Below are positions 19,760 to 30,154 of a stretch of 64,000 bases of DNA, in pieces. Source of the stretch: Candidatus Multivorans sp. (lineage in GTDB: Bacteria > Acidobacteriota > Thermoanaerobaculia > Multivoradales > Multivoraceae); assembly GCA_965224025.1 (NCBI GenBank), contig OZ245033.1, forward strand, positions 3,616,001 to 3,680,000, given 5' to 3'. The notes under the pieces were generated by a model. It saw only the letters and a list, made by a program, of their open reading frames with translations, was not told the DNA's origin and made no database searches. Position numbers and translations under genes: made by a program. How positions within the stretch are numbered: position 1 is the stretch's first letter; the number at the start of each line of letters is the position of its first letter.

Positions 19760-22700
19760 ATGGCCCCGGGCTTCGTCCACCTCCACCTCCACTCCGAGTA
19801 CTCGCTGCTCGACGGGGGCAACCGGATGGGACCCCTCGTCGACCGCGTCGAGGGGCTCGGCATGGACGCGGTCGCGCTCACGGATCACGGCAATCTGTAC
19901 GGCTCGGTCGCCTTCTACGAGGCCTGCCGCAAGAAGAGCGTCAAGCCGATCCTGGGCATCGAGGCCTACGTAGCGCCGGACATCAAGACGGAGACCTCCG
20001 ACCGCCGCTACAAGGAGAGTCAGGGCGTCGCCGACGGTGGATTCCACCTGGTCCTGCTGGCCCGCAACGAGACGGGATGGCGCAACCTGGTGAAACTCTC
20101 GTCGGACAGTTTCCTCGAGGGCTTCTACTACAAGCCGCGGATGGACAAGGAGACGCTCCGGCAGTGGAACGAAGGGCTGATCGCGATCAACGGCCACCTC
20201 GGCTCCTCTCTCGCCTACCACCTGAGACGGCACATCGAGACCGGCGCCGACAGCCACTGGGAGCGCGCCCGCGAGGAAGCCGAGTGGCACCGGCAGACCT
20301 TCCCCAACGACGAGCACGGCGAGCCCTGCTTCTACCTGGAGCTGCAACGGCACGACACGCCCGAGCAGGATCGGGTCAACGAGCAGATCCTGTGCCTTGC
20401 CGAAGAGCTCGACCTGCCTCTGGTGTGCGACAACGACTCCCACTTCCTGACCGCCGAGGACTGGGACAGCCACGACACGTTGATCTGCGTCTCGACCGGC
20501 AAGAACAAGCAGGACGAGGACCGGCTCCACTACCCGAAGGAGCTCTACGTCAAGAGCCCCGAGCAGATGGCCGAGTTGTTCGCCGACGAGGAGACGGCCG
20601 AGGCGTTCCAGAACACCCGCCGGATCGCCGACCGCTGCAACGTCGAACTCGACTTCTCCGCCAACCACGCTCCCCTGGTGCGAGTCGAGCGCACCGATCC
20701 GGAGGCGCTTCCGGCGGACACGGACGAACCGAGACCTGGCAGCACCGCCTGGTTCGATCGTTTCTGCGCCCGTTACCGGGTCGAGCCCCTGGCCGAGCAA
20801 CCCGGCGAGGAGGAACTCGCCGTCCTTCACGCCGACTGCGACCGGGCTCTGCGCGAACTCAGCGAAGCCGGCCTGGTCCGGCGCTACGGCGACCGGATCG
20901 AGGACGCGCACCGCCGCCGTCTCGACCACGAGCTGTCCGTGCTTGCCGGCAAGCGGATCAGCGCCTACTTCCTGATCGTCTGGGACTTCGTCAACGAGGC
21001 CCGCAAACGGAAGATCCCGGCCACCGCGCGTGGTTCGGGCGTCGGCACCATGGTCGGCTACGCCCTCGGCCTTTCGCATGCCTGCCCGGTGCGCTACGGA
21101 CTCCTGTTCGAGCGCTTCACCGACCCCGACCGCAGCGAGTACCCCGACATCGACATCGATCTCTGCCAGGACGGTCGCACCGAGATCCTCGAGTACGTCC
21201 GCGAGAAGTACGGCTACGTCGCGCAGATCATCACGTTCGGCACGATGAAGGCGCGCGCGGCGATCCGGGACGTCGGACGGGTGCACGAACTGCCGCTCGC
21301 CCAGGTCGACCGCATTTGCAAGCTGATCGGCGCCGAACTCGGCGTGACGATCGACCAGGCGCTGCAGCGCGAGAAGGAGCTCAAGGGGCTCTACGACGGC
21401 GACGAGCACGTCCGCGAGGTGATCGACACCGCGCGGGAACTCGAGGGGATCACGCGGCACAGCGGCGTCCACGCCGCCGGGCTCGTCATCGCGACCCAAC
21501 CGCTCGAGAACCTGGTGCCGCTGGCCACCAGCCGCAGCCAGGGGTCGAAGGACGTTCTGGTGACCCAGTGGGACGGCCCCACCGTCGAGAAAATGGGTCT
21601 GCTGAAGATGGACTTCCTCGGGCTGACAACCCTGTCCATCATCGAGCGCTGCCGCCAACTGGTGCGCGAGACCCTGCCGCCGGAGGCGATCGCGGAGGCG
21701 GTTCCCGGTACCGCTGAAGGCCGCGACCCCCTCGATCTCGACCACATTGATCTCGCCGACCCGAACGTGCTCGATGTCTTCGCCCGCGCGGACACGGCGG
21801 GCACCTTCCAGTTCGAGTCGGAGGGCATGCGAAACCTGCTGCTGCAGATGAAGCCCGACCGGCTCGAGGACCTGGTCGCCGCCAACGCCCTCTTCCGCCC
21901 GGGCCCCATGGCGCTCATAGGCACCTACTGCGACCGCAAGCACGGCCGGGAGGCGACGCCGCAAGTCCACGAAATCGTCGACCGCCACACCGCCGAAACC
22001 CACGGCATCATGGTGTTCCAGGAACAGGTGATGCAGATCGTCCACGAGCTGGGCGACGTGCCGCTGCGCGAGGCCTACACGCTGATCAAGGCGATCAGCA
22101 AGAAGAACCGCAAGACGATCAATGCCGCACGGAAACGTTTCCTGTCCGGCGCCCAGGACAAGGGACTGGGCAAGGTCCAGGCCACGAAGTTGTTCAGCCT
22201 CATCGAGGAGTTCGCGGGCTACGGCTTCAACAAGTCCCATTCCGTGGGCTACACCCTGCTCGCCTACCAGACGGCCTATCTGAAGACCTGTTTCCCGGTC
22301 CAGTACATGGCCGCGGTCCTCACCTACACCGCCGACAGCACGGACAAGCTCGTCAAGTACGTCGACGAGTGCGGCCGGGTGAAGCTTCCGGACGGCCGCA
22401 CCGGGATCGAAGTCGGCGCGCCCGACATCGACCGCTCCGGAGTGCGCTTCCACGTAGTCTTCGATCCCGGCGAGCAGCACGGCAACGCCAACGGGCACAT
22501 CCGCTTCGGCCTCTCCGCGGTGAAGGGCGTCGGCGAGAAGGCCGTGCGCGCGATCCTCGAGGCACGAGACGAAGGCGGCCCCTTCCGCAGTCTGTGGAAC
22601 TTCTGCCGGCGGGTGCCGCTGCAGATCGTCAACCGCACCGCGATCGACGCCCTGATCAAGTCGGGCGCTTTCGACGGAGTCCATGGCAAGGACGAGCGCG

Positions 22701-23572
22701 CGGCCATGCTCCAGGCTCTGGAACCGGCGATCAAGGCCGGCCAGCGGGCCGCGGCGGACCGCGAGAGCGGCCAGTCGAGCCTGTTGTTCGGCAGCACGGC
22801 CGACGCCGGCGAGGACGACGAGCCCGAACAGGACCTGCCGTCGGCGCCGCCCTGGAGCGCGAGCGAACTCCTGGCCCACGAGAAGGAGGCGCTCGGCTTC
22901 TTCGCCACCAGCCATCCCCTCGACGATCACCGGGAGCTCCTCCAGCGCTTCGGCAACGTGAATGTCGAGCAGTTGAAGGCGCTGCCGGCTGACACCGACG
23001 TCGTCCTCGGCGCGCTGCTCGGAGGGCTCCGCACCACGCGCACACGCAAGGGGCGCAATCCCGGCCAGAAGATGGCGGTGGTTCAACTCGAGGACCGCAG
23101 CGACCGGATCGAAGGTGTCCTCTTCGCGGACGCCTATGCCCAGTACGAAGCGGCGTTGGAGCGCGGCGCCGTGCTGTTCTTCACCGGACGGGTCGACCGG
23201 CGACGCGAGGATCCGAACCTGGTCGTCAGCAAGGTGATCGGCATTGCCGAGGCCGAGGCGAAGCTCGCCCGGCGCCTCCGCATCCACCTCGACGGCACGA
23301 GTACCGCCGGCGCCGGCGACAACTTCATCGGCGACGACCTGGAGCGCCTCCGCGACCTGCTCGACCAGCACCGTCATCGTGGCTCGAACGGCAGGCCGAA
23401 CGACGGCGTCGAGGTGGAATTCAGGATCGAACTCGACGACATGACCGTCACCGCGGGCGCTAACGGCAGCCGTGCGCCGGTGGATCAGGCGGTCAAGAAC
23501 GAGATCGACGAACTGCTCGGCAGCCGAGGCCACTGCGAGTACGTCGGCCCGCCGCCGCCCGGTCCGCGGTGA
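19760..23572 (+). CDS. dnaE: DNA polymerase III alpha subunit
   Basis: HLHLHSEYSLLDG, GSGVG, LLFERF, PDIDID, HAAG, LKMDFLG, FQEQVM, YGFNKSH, IRFGL. Confidence 0.98.
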   Translation: MAPGFVHLHLHSEYSLLDGGNRMGPLVDRVEGLGMDAVALTDHGNLYGSVAFYEACRKKSVKPILGIEAYVAPDIKTETSDRRYKESQGVADGGFHLVLLARNETGWRNLVKLSSDSFLEGFYYKPRMDKETLRQWNEGLIAINGHLGSSLAYHLRRHIETGADSHWERAREEAEWHRQTFPNDEHGEPCFYLELQRHDTPEQDRVNEQILCLAEELDLPLVCDNDSHFLTAEDWDSHDTLICVSTGKNKQDEDRLHYPKELYVKSPEQMAELFADEETAEAFQNTRRIADRCNVELDFSANHAPLVRVERTDPEALPADTDEPRPGSTAWFDRFCARYRVEPLAEQPGEEELAVLHADCDRALRELSEAGLVRRYGDRIEDAHRRRLDHELSVLAGKRISAYFLIVWDFVNEARKRKIPATARGSGVGTMVGYALGLSHACPVRYGLLFERFTDPDRSEYPDIDIDLCQDGRTEILEYVREKYGYVAQIITFGTMKARAAIRDVGRVHELPLAQVDRICKLIGAELGVTIDQALQREKELKGLYDGDEHVREVIDTARELEGITRHSGVHAAGLVIATQPLENLVPLATSRSQGSKDVLVTQWDGPTVEKMGLLKMDFLGLTTLSIIERCRQLVRETLPPEAIAEAVPGTAEGRDPLDLDHIDLADPNVLDVFARADTAGTFQFESEGMRNLLLQMKPDRLEDLVAANALFRPGPMALIGTYCDRKHGREATPQVHEIVDRHTAETHGIMVFQEQVMQIVHELGDVPLREAYTLIKAISKKNRKTINAARKRFLSGAQDKGLGKVQATKLFSLIEEFAGYGFNKSHSVGYTLLAYQTAYLKTCFPVQYMAAVLTYTADSTDKLVKYVDECGRVKLPDGRTGIEVGAPDIDRSGVRFHVVFDPGEQHGNANGHIRFGLSAVKGVGEKAVRAILEARDEGGPFRSLWNFCRRVPLQIVNRTAIDALIKSGAFDGVHGKDERAAMLQALEPAIKAGQRAAADRESGQSSLLFGSTADAGEDDEPEQDLPSAPPWSASELLAHEKEALGFFATSHPLDDHRELLQRFGNVNVEQLKALPADTDVVLGALLGGLRTTRTRKGRNPGQKMAVVQLEDRSDRIEGVLFADAYAQYEAALERGAVLFFTGRVDRRREDPNLVVSKVIGIAEAEAKLARRLRIHLDGTSTAGAGDNFIGDDLERLRDLLDQHRHRGSNGRPNDGVEVEFRIELDDMTVTAGANGSRAPVDQAVKNEIDELLGSRGHCEYVGPPPPGPR

Positions 23573-24990
23573 GTTTCCGGCCCTGGGTTTCGCGGCGCCG
23601 GGTCGCCCTTCTGATCGCCCTGACGGCGGTCGGAATCTGGGGTCACTGCCGCGGCGGCTCCTACCGGAACTTCTTCCAGCACGATCCGCGTCAGGCGCAT
23701 GACTACGCCCTCGAGCGGCGGGACGGCCAGATCTTCGAGGTTCGCCTTACCCGCAAGGGCTTCGATTGGCCACGGGAGGCCCCGGCCACCGGGGTCACCG
23801 CGTTCCTTGAACTCGACGTCAAGACCCGTCCGCTGCTGCCGTCGCTCGGCCCCTACATCGAGTTCCGATCCGGCGACCGCAGCGTCACCCAGTCCTTCGC
23901 CCCTCGCTCGACCGGTCGCCGTTATCTGAACGTCTCTCCCGCGGCAGGGCGCGGCACGATCGAGATGGTCGGCCGGCAGATCGGCTGGCGCACGGGATCG
24001 GCGCGACTGGTCGTGTTCGCGAACCAACCGATCGATGCCTCGACCCGGGTGCTGGTGGTCGCTCCCCACCCCGACGACGCCGAGATCGGTGCCTTCGGCC
24101 TCTACGCAACCACCCTCGCCGACGTGGTCACGGTGACCGCGGGCGACTACGGCGGCAAGAACTACGGCGGGCTGTTTCCCGACACCGGCGAGCACTACCG
24201 GATCAAGGGCCGGATACGCACGTGGGATAGCCTGACCGTGCCCTTCCTTGGCCACGTGCCCTTCAGCCGCATTCGCAACCTCGGGTACTTCGACGGCACG
24301 CTGGGCACCCTCTACCAGCGTCGGCCGATGGTCGTGCCGCCGATCCTGACCGACCTCGAGCACCCCGGCTACTTCCGCCGCCTCAACTCCGAGCCGCAGT
24401 TGGCCACCCGGCCATTCGAGTCGAGCTGGCCCGAACTCGTGCGCGACCTGCGCCGTGAGGTGGACTGGACGGGCGCCGAGCTGATTGCCGCGCCCAATCC
24501 CCTGCTGGACAACCACGCCGACCACCAATACACGACAGTTGCCCTGATCGAGGCTCTTGAGGAGAACGGCTGGGACGGCCTCCTGCTGCTCTACACAAAC
24601 CACCCGACCAACGCCGAGCCCTACCCGCTCGGGCCCAATACAGCGCTCGAGTCGCTGCCCCCATGGTTCGGCGACGAAATGCCCTTCACTTCCGTGCTGT
24701 CCTACCCGGTCGACGAGACGACGCGTCGCCTGAACTACCTGGCACTCGAGGCGATGCACGATCTGCGCCCGTTCGAGCACCGCGTTGCAACTCCGTTCCT
24801 GGAGCGCGCGAGGGACCTCGCAGAAGAGGCCGTCTGGCGCGCCCTCGGTCGCCACGACAAGCTGCCCGCCTACCTCTACGACTACCTGCGGCGCGGGCCG
24901 CGGCCCAACAAGATCTACCTGGTGCTCGATCTCGAGCAAGCGGTGCGCCTCAAGGAGCGGTTCCTGGAGATCGAAGCGGTCCGGCGCTAG
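23569..24990 (+). CDS. PIG-L/LmbE-family deacetylase, membrane-anchored or exported
   Basis: GTGA overlap with dnaE, N-terminal TM, VVAPHPDDAE and HADH motifs. Confidence 0.85.
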   Translation: MSFRPWVSRRRVALLIALTAVGIWGHCRGGSYRNFFQHDPRQAHDYALERRDGQIFEVRLTRKGFDWPREAPATGVTAFLELDVKTRPLLPSLGPYIEFRSGDRSVTQSFAPRSTGRRYLNVSPAAGRGTIEMVGRQIGWRTGSARLVVFANQPIDASTRVLVVAPHPDDAEIGAFGLYATTLADVVTVTAGDYGGKNYGGLFPDTGEHYRIKGRIRTWDSLTVPFLGHVPFSRIRNLGYFDGTLGTLYQRRPMVVPPILTDLEHPGYFRRLNSEPQLATRPFESSWPELVRDLRREVDWTGAELIAAPNPLLDNHADHQYTTVALIEALEENGWDGLLLLYTNHPTNAEPYPLGPNTALESLPPWFGDEMPFTSVLSYPVDETTRRLNYLALEAMHDLRPFEHRVATPFLERARDLAEEAVWRALGRHDKLPAYLYDYLRRGPRPNKIYLVLDLEQAVRLKERFLEIEAVRR

Positions 24991-27715
24991 CGCCGCAGGA
25001 AGGCGAGCAAATCGGCCATGTCAGCCGGCTCGAGGCCCGCCTCCAGCTCTTCGGGCATCATGGACAGGCCGTCGCTGCGCACTTCCCGAATCCGTTCGGC
25101 GGGGACTTCGATCAGCACGTCTTCGGCCGCGCGCAGGACCACGCCGCCGCCTGAACCCTCCGCCAGGAGTCCGGAGAAGGCCTCGCCCTCGACGGTCTCG
25201 ACGATGTAGTTCACATAGCCGGTATCGACCGCGGCATTCGGATCCAGGATGTCGTGCAGCAGTGTCTCCGCGCTCTTGCGGCCGATGCCCGAGAGGTCCG
25301 GACCCGGCCCGCCTCCAGTCTCGCCGCTGCGGTGGCAACGGGCGCAGAGGTCGAGGAACAGGGTCTCACCTCGCTCCGGGTCCCCTTCGAGGTCGAGCGC
25401 CGGCCGCATCGCCGCGACGGCCTCGGGGCGGGAAACCACGCCGGCGTCATCGAACAGCGCCGCCGCCCGCCGCCGAACGTCCGCCTCGGGCGAACGCAGC
25501 AGGAAACGGCGCCGCTCGAGGATGAAGTTCATCTCGCCGAGCCGGATGCGGCCGCTCTCGATCGCGTCGAGGAGCGCGCCGTGCCGCCCTCTGCCCCGAA
25601 TCAGGTAGGCGCCGGCAGCCCGTCTGGCGGCCGGTCCCAGGTAGGGCCAGCGATCGACCAGGTAGCGGGTGACCGCGGCTTCCTCGCCACGGTCAGTTCC
25701 GCCATGGCTGCCCGCTGCACGGCCTCCGGAAGACCGGCATCGAGCAGCGCACCCATGCGTTCCAGCCAGGTCCCGCCGGGGAGCGCCGCCACCCGTTCGA
25801 TCACGTCGGCGGCACCAGGGTCGGCCGACCCTCCGGACTCGAGCAGCAATCTCAGTCCAGACGCCGGGTCGTCGGCCAGGACAGAGACGGCGGCCAGGCG
25901 CAGCCAGGGGCCGTCGCGCTCGACGTCCGTTCTCTCAGGCGGCGCCGCCGCTGACGAAGCGGGCGTCTCGCCCGCGTGGCGCGCCACCCCCGCCACGATC
26001 GCGGCCGCCACGGCACGGCCGAACTCCGGCCCCGGAGAGGCATCCGACCCGAGCAGCATGCCGGCGGTCAGGATCGCTTGCAGCCGAACGCCGGGATCCC
26101 GGTCCCCGATCATGGTCACCACGGCGTCCGCGAGTTCCGACGTATCGGCCGTCGGGCCACCGCCGCGAAGCGACTCCTCGAACGCCAGCACGGCGTTCCG
26201 GCGCAGCTCCGGATGACTGTCACGGAGTAGAACCCCCGGCGACTCGCGGTCGATCGCCCCGACGCCAGCCAGAGTCCACAATGCATGGAGTCGGCCCAGG
26301 ACATTGCCCGATTCCACGATGCGCTTTCGCAGGGCCTGCACCAGCGCAGCCGGAGGCGCCGCGGCGTGCTCTTCGACGAGGAGGCGCTGCGCCGTCAGAC
26401 GGCGCCACCTGTTCGCGTGACCAAGCGCTTCGACCAGATCGTCGGACCGCGCTCGGTCGAAGCCACCGAAGTCCGCCGCCCAGGCCGGCAGCCCGCCCGC
26501 CGGCACGACCCGGTAGATCCGTCCGCGATCGTCCCCCTGGTAGAGGTTGAGCGTGTTCTCGATCCGATCAGGAATCCACTCCGGGTGCTCGATCACGCCG
26601 CGGTGCATGTCCAGCACGTAGAGGGCGCCGTCCGGACCCACGCGCAGGTTAACCGGCCGGAACAGCGGATCGGTCGAAGCCAGGAACTCGACCCCGGGCC
26701 GCCCCCGGCTCGCCTCCGCTGCCGCGCCGCCCGCGTCCACCACCGCGCGGTGGACCACGTTCGCCTAAGGATCGGCAACGAAGACGGCAAGGTCCCGATC
26801 CGTCAGCCCGGCGCCTTCGAAGGCGCCGCCCCCGTACGCCGTCACCGCGCAGGCGGCCGAGAACCGGCTCGACTGTTCCGGGTGGTTGGGTCGGGTCTGC
26901 CTCACGCCGATGGGAAACAGCTCGGCGGGACCGCCGTCCGCGTGCGCGGCCAGACGCAGGCGCGCTTTCTGCCACGAGGCCGGGAGGCGAGCGAGGTACC
27001 GGCGCGGAATCACGAGCTGACTCAGGTGATCCAGGTTGTGGGTGCCGAAGGAACGGCCCCAGACGCCGAACGTCATGCCGAACCCGCCCGCACCGCGGCC
27101 CATCCGCTCGAAGCGGCCCGAACCGAAGTCCACCCGGAAGTCGTCCTGGCCGAGTTCGATGGCGTCGTCCGGCGCATCCGGCCAGAACGGGCGGCCGCCG
27201 TTGCCTCCGTTCACGCCGTAGACCCGGTTGTCCAGGCCGTAGCGGAGCGCGTTCACATTGTGCTGGGGATTGCCCTCGGCAAAGCCGCTCAGCAGCACCT
27301 CACGGCGCTCCGCCCTGCCGTCGCCGTCCGTGTCTTCGAGATAGACGATGTCAGGCGGCGCCGCCACCAGAAGGCCTCGACGCCACGGCAGGATCGAGTC
27401 CGCCATGCCAAGGTCGGCGGCGAACAGACGGCGGCGATCCCAGCGCCCGTCGCCGTCAGTGTCCGAGAGCGCGACGATGCGCGCCGGCCGCTCCATGTCC
27501 GGATAGCCCGGCAGCTCGAGCACGAACGCGCGGCCGCGTTCGTCAAAGGCGAGGTCGATGGGGTCGAGGACGACCGGCTCGGCCGCGGCGAGTTCGAGTT
27601 CGAAAGCCGGGTGAAGTTCAAAGCCCGCCGGCACCCCGTCAGGGGCCGGGGGAGCGCAGGCGACGAGACCTGTCGCCGCGGCCGCCGCCGCAAGGCTGGC
27701 GACGCGCCGACTCAG
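24987..27715 (-). pseudogene. PVC-type heme-binding CxxCH / membrane-bound dehydrogenase lipoprotein, interrupted twice
   Basis: Lipobox [21 protein letters not shown] repeats, FRPVN...GPDGALYVLD, CARCH, GPDLSG, SMMP. In-frame TAG at 26767-26765 and a frameshift near 25690. Confidence 0.85.
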
Positions 27716-27720
27716 AGTTC

Positions 27721-28878
27721 CTACTCGCCGCCAGTCGCCGCGGCCGCCGCGTCGGCTTCCAGCAGCCGGGCCCCGCGCATGATGTTCCCCATCGCGTAGT
27801 TCCCCTCGTGGCAGGCGTACTCGTAGACCCTGCCGCCCGCCGTCGGCCACGGGAACTCACCGCTCCAGGCCGACTCCCAGGTGTTGGGGTCCTCGACCGT
27901 GAAGCTGTAGTTCAACGTGTTCTCGTCGATCCGGCTGAAACGCTCCGTGACCTTGAGGCTCTCGCCCGCGCCATAGGCGTACATGCCCGGCTTCTTGCCG
28001 AAGTTCTTCGTCTCGACAACCAGGGTGTCGCCGTCCCAATGCCCGATCGAGTCGCCCATGTAGCTCGTCATCCCTTCCGGCAGGTGCCTGCCGCCGATTC
28101 GGATGATCCGGGCGTCGTGGATCATCTCGGCGAGGATCATCACGTAGTCCTCGATCTGGACCACCCGCTTCAGATTGTTGTAGGCGGTCGGCAGCATCGG
28201 CGGACCCGAGGTCGAGCCGAAGCCGAGAACGCAACGCTCACCGAGCGGCCGCTGCTCCATGTCGTCGTACGGACCCGGGCCTTCGTTCTCGAGCCACCAT
28301 GCCGTGCCCGTGTTCTCGCGAAACAGGGAGAAGAACGCCATCCGCGCCTGCTGGGCGGCAGGCTTCATCTTCGGCAGCCGGCCGTTCGGGGGATCGAACA
28401 CCAGGGAGGTGCGGAACTTGCCGTCCAAGGCAATCGAACCGCTGCCGTAGTCCAGCCAGAAGTCGTTGTAGCCGCCGACGTTACCCGCGGCGCCGGGAGA
28501 ACCGTCGCCGCCCGGCGGCGGCGCTTCGCGGGTCGGATCGCTTGCTACGAGCGCATCCGCCCGGCGGGTGGCGACCGCGTTTGCGATCTCCTCCGCTTCC
28601 TCCGGACTCAGGTACAGATTGTCGCTGAACTTCTCATCGCGTTCGAGCGGCGTCAGCGTGGCGATGTCGTAAGTGCCGGTGAGGTCGGGGCGACCGCTCG
28701 CGGTGCGGGGAACATCGCCGTCATCGGCGGCCGCCAGCGGGGCGGCGGCAAGCAGGGCCGCGGCGCAGAATGCCGCGCCGAGCGCTGTGAAACGCGTCCT
28801 GATCCCTTCGACGAAGCGGCCTTCGCTGCCGGCGGCGGCGACCTTGTCGGCCCGATCGATCTGGTTCAAACCCTTCAT
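27721..28878 (-). CDS. Conserved secreted hypothetical protein (PRT..G.PDL family common in Acidobacteria)
   Basis: AAGGAG SD, signal peptide, [37 protein letters not shown]. Confidence 0.85.
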   Translation of the reverse strand: MKGLNQIDRADKVAAAGSEGRFVEGIRTRFTALGAAFCAAALLAAAPLAAADDGDVPRTASGRPDLTGTYDIATLTPLERDEKFSDNLYLSPEEAEEIANAVATRRADALVASDPTREAPPPGGDGSPGAAGNVGGYNDFWLDYGSGSIALDGKFRTSLVFDPPNGRLPKMKPAAQQARMAFFSLFRENTGTAWWLENEGPGPYDDMEQRPLGERCVLGFGSTSGPPMLPTAYNNLKRVVQIEDYVMILAEMIHDARIIRIGGRHLPEGMTSYMGDSIGHWDGDTLVVETKNFGKKPGMYAYGAGESLKVTERFSRIDENTLNYSFTVEDPNTWESAWSGEFPWPTAGGRVYEYACHEGNYAMGNIMRGARLLEADAAAAATGGE

Positions 28879-29094
28879 CCGAGTCTCCTTTCCTCGCCGT
28901 TGCCGGCAACCGGTTCGATGGCCTCGTTCTGGGGACCCTCCAGCGCTTCGCCGAGTGGCCACCGCCTGATCGCGCAGTGTACAGCAGCCCCCGGCCAGGG
29001 TTGCTACACTCGCGGGTGTTTCCGCCCCCTGGCGCCGAACTCCGGTCCCGAAACGAACGAGAAAAGCACGCAATCCGAGAACCGGGAGACTTCC

Positions 29095-29619
29095 ATGATC
29101 CGCTGCACACCCCCGGCGCTCCTCCTTGCCGCCGCCGCGTTCGCCTCAACCTCCGCCAGCGGCGCTTCCCTCGCCGTCGGCGACGCGGCGCCGGACTTCA
29201 CGCTGCCCAGCACGGACGGCGCCGAGGTGACCCTGTCGTCGTTCGCGGGGCAGAAGAACGTCGTTCTGGCCTTCTTCCCCAAAGCCTTCACCAGCGGGTG
29301 AACGATGGAAATGAAGGGATACCAGGCTGGTATCTCCGACTTTGTGGACAGTGATTCCATCGTCTTCGGCATCAGCGCCGACAAACTGGACGACAACAAG
29401 AAGTTCGCAGCCGACCTGGAACTCGACTTCGCGCTCCTCAGCGATGTCGACGCCGCGGTAATCAACCAGTACGGCGGGACGATGGAGCAGTACGCCGGCC
29501 TCGCCAAGCGCGTGACCTACGTGGTCGGCAAGGACGGCAAGATCGCCTACATCGGCGAAGGTAGCGAGGCAATGGACCCGACCGGCGCGAAGAGTGCCTG
29601 TCAGGGACTGGGCGACTAG
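29095..29619 (+). CDS. Selenocysteine-containing peroxiredoxin (BCP/PrxQ-like) with signal peptide
   Basis: GGGAG SD then ATG 29095. [10 protein letters not shown]...[15 protein letters not shown](29299-29301)-TMEM continues in frame to ALLSD...[12 protein letters not shown]. The TGA occupies the peroxidatic Cys position of PxxxTxxC. Confidence 0.93.
29316..29337 (+). promoter_or_regulatory. Putative bacterial SECIS hairpin
   Basis: GGGATACCA-GGC-TGGTATCTCC: inverted repeat with a G-containing apical loop about 24 nt downstream of the in-frame UGA. Confidence 0.75.
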
Positions 29620-29634
29620 CGTCGGCGACCTGTC

Positions 29635-30090
29635 TCAGCCTTGGGTGGCCGCCGAGGCGGCTTCCGGCCTCGGCTGATACAACTCCACCCGATTCCCCTC
29701 CGCGTCCCTGATCCACGCGAACAGGGCATAGCCCTCGTCGTCCCGGCGCAGCGGCTCGACGCCGCGTTCTGCTAGGTGCGCCAGCACCATGCCCAGATCG
29801 CGCACCCGCAGGTTGACCATGAACGGCTGGTCGCCGTACATGTCCTCCTGGCCCGTGCCGTCGTTCGTGGCCATCCGCGGTACCGGCCGCTTGGCCTTCA
29901 TGATCGCGAAGGTCGTGTCCATGACCCAGTTCTCGTCATCCGGATCCGCGGCCACGTAGCGCACGTAGAAGGCACCGAACTCCTCGCCGCCCTCGAACTC
30001 GATGCCCAAGTGCTCCGTGTACCAGTCGGCCAGCAGCTTCGGAGCCTCGCTGAAGATGAAGGCGCCGCCAACGCCGTCGATCAGGCTCAC
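29635..30090 (-). CDS. VOC/glyoxalase-family protein
   Basis: GVGGAF...L..WY...LG, FMVNLRV, AWIRDAEGNRVELY. Confidence 0.9.
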   Translation of the reverse strand: MSLIDGVGGAFIFSEAPKLLADWYTEHLGIEFEGGEEFGAFYVRYVAADPDDENWVMDTTFAIMKAKRPVPRMATNDGTGQEDMYGDQPFMVNLRVRDLGMVLAHLAERGVEPLRRDDEGYALFAWIRDAEGNRVELYQPRPEAASAATQG

Positions 30091-30154
30091 GAGGCGGCCG
30101 CGGGCAGCACCACGCCTCCCACTCTCCCCTGCGTCGCCCGGCTACGCCGCACGC

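Noticed and set aside
19700-23533. 1277-aa minus-strand ORF antisense to dnaE, and many similar long overlapping ORFs in the track
   Set aside because: Expected from high GC3 codon bias; no motifs or initiation signals.
26765-26767. Pyrrolysine or amber read-through in the PVC heme protein
   Set aside because: A second, independent frameshift exists in the same gene, there are no pyl genes in view, and the position is not catalytic.
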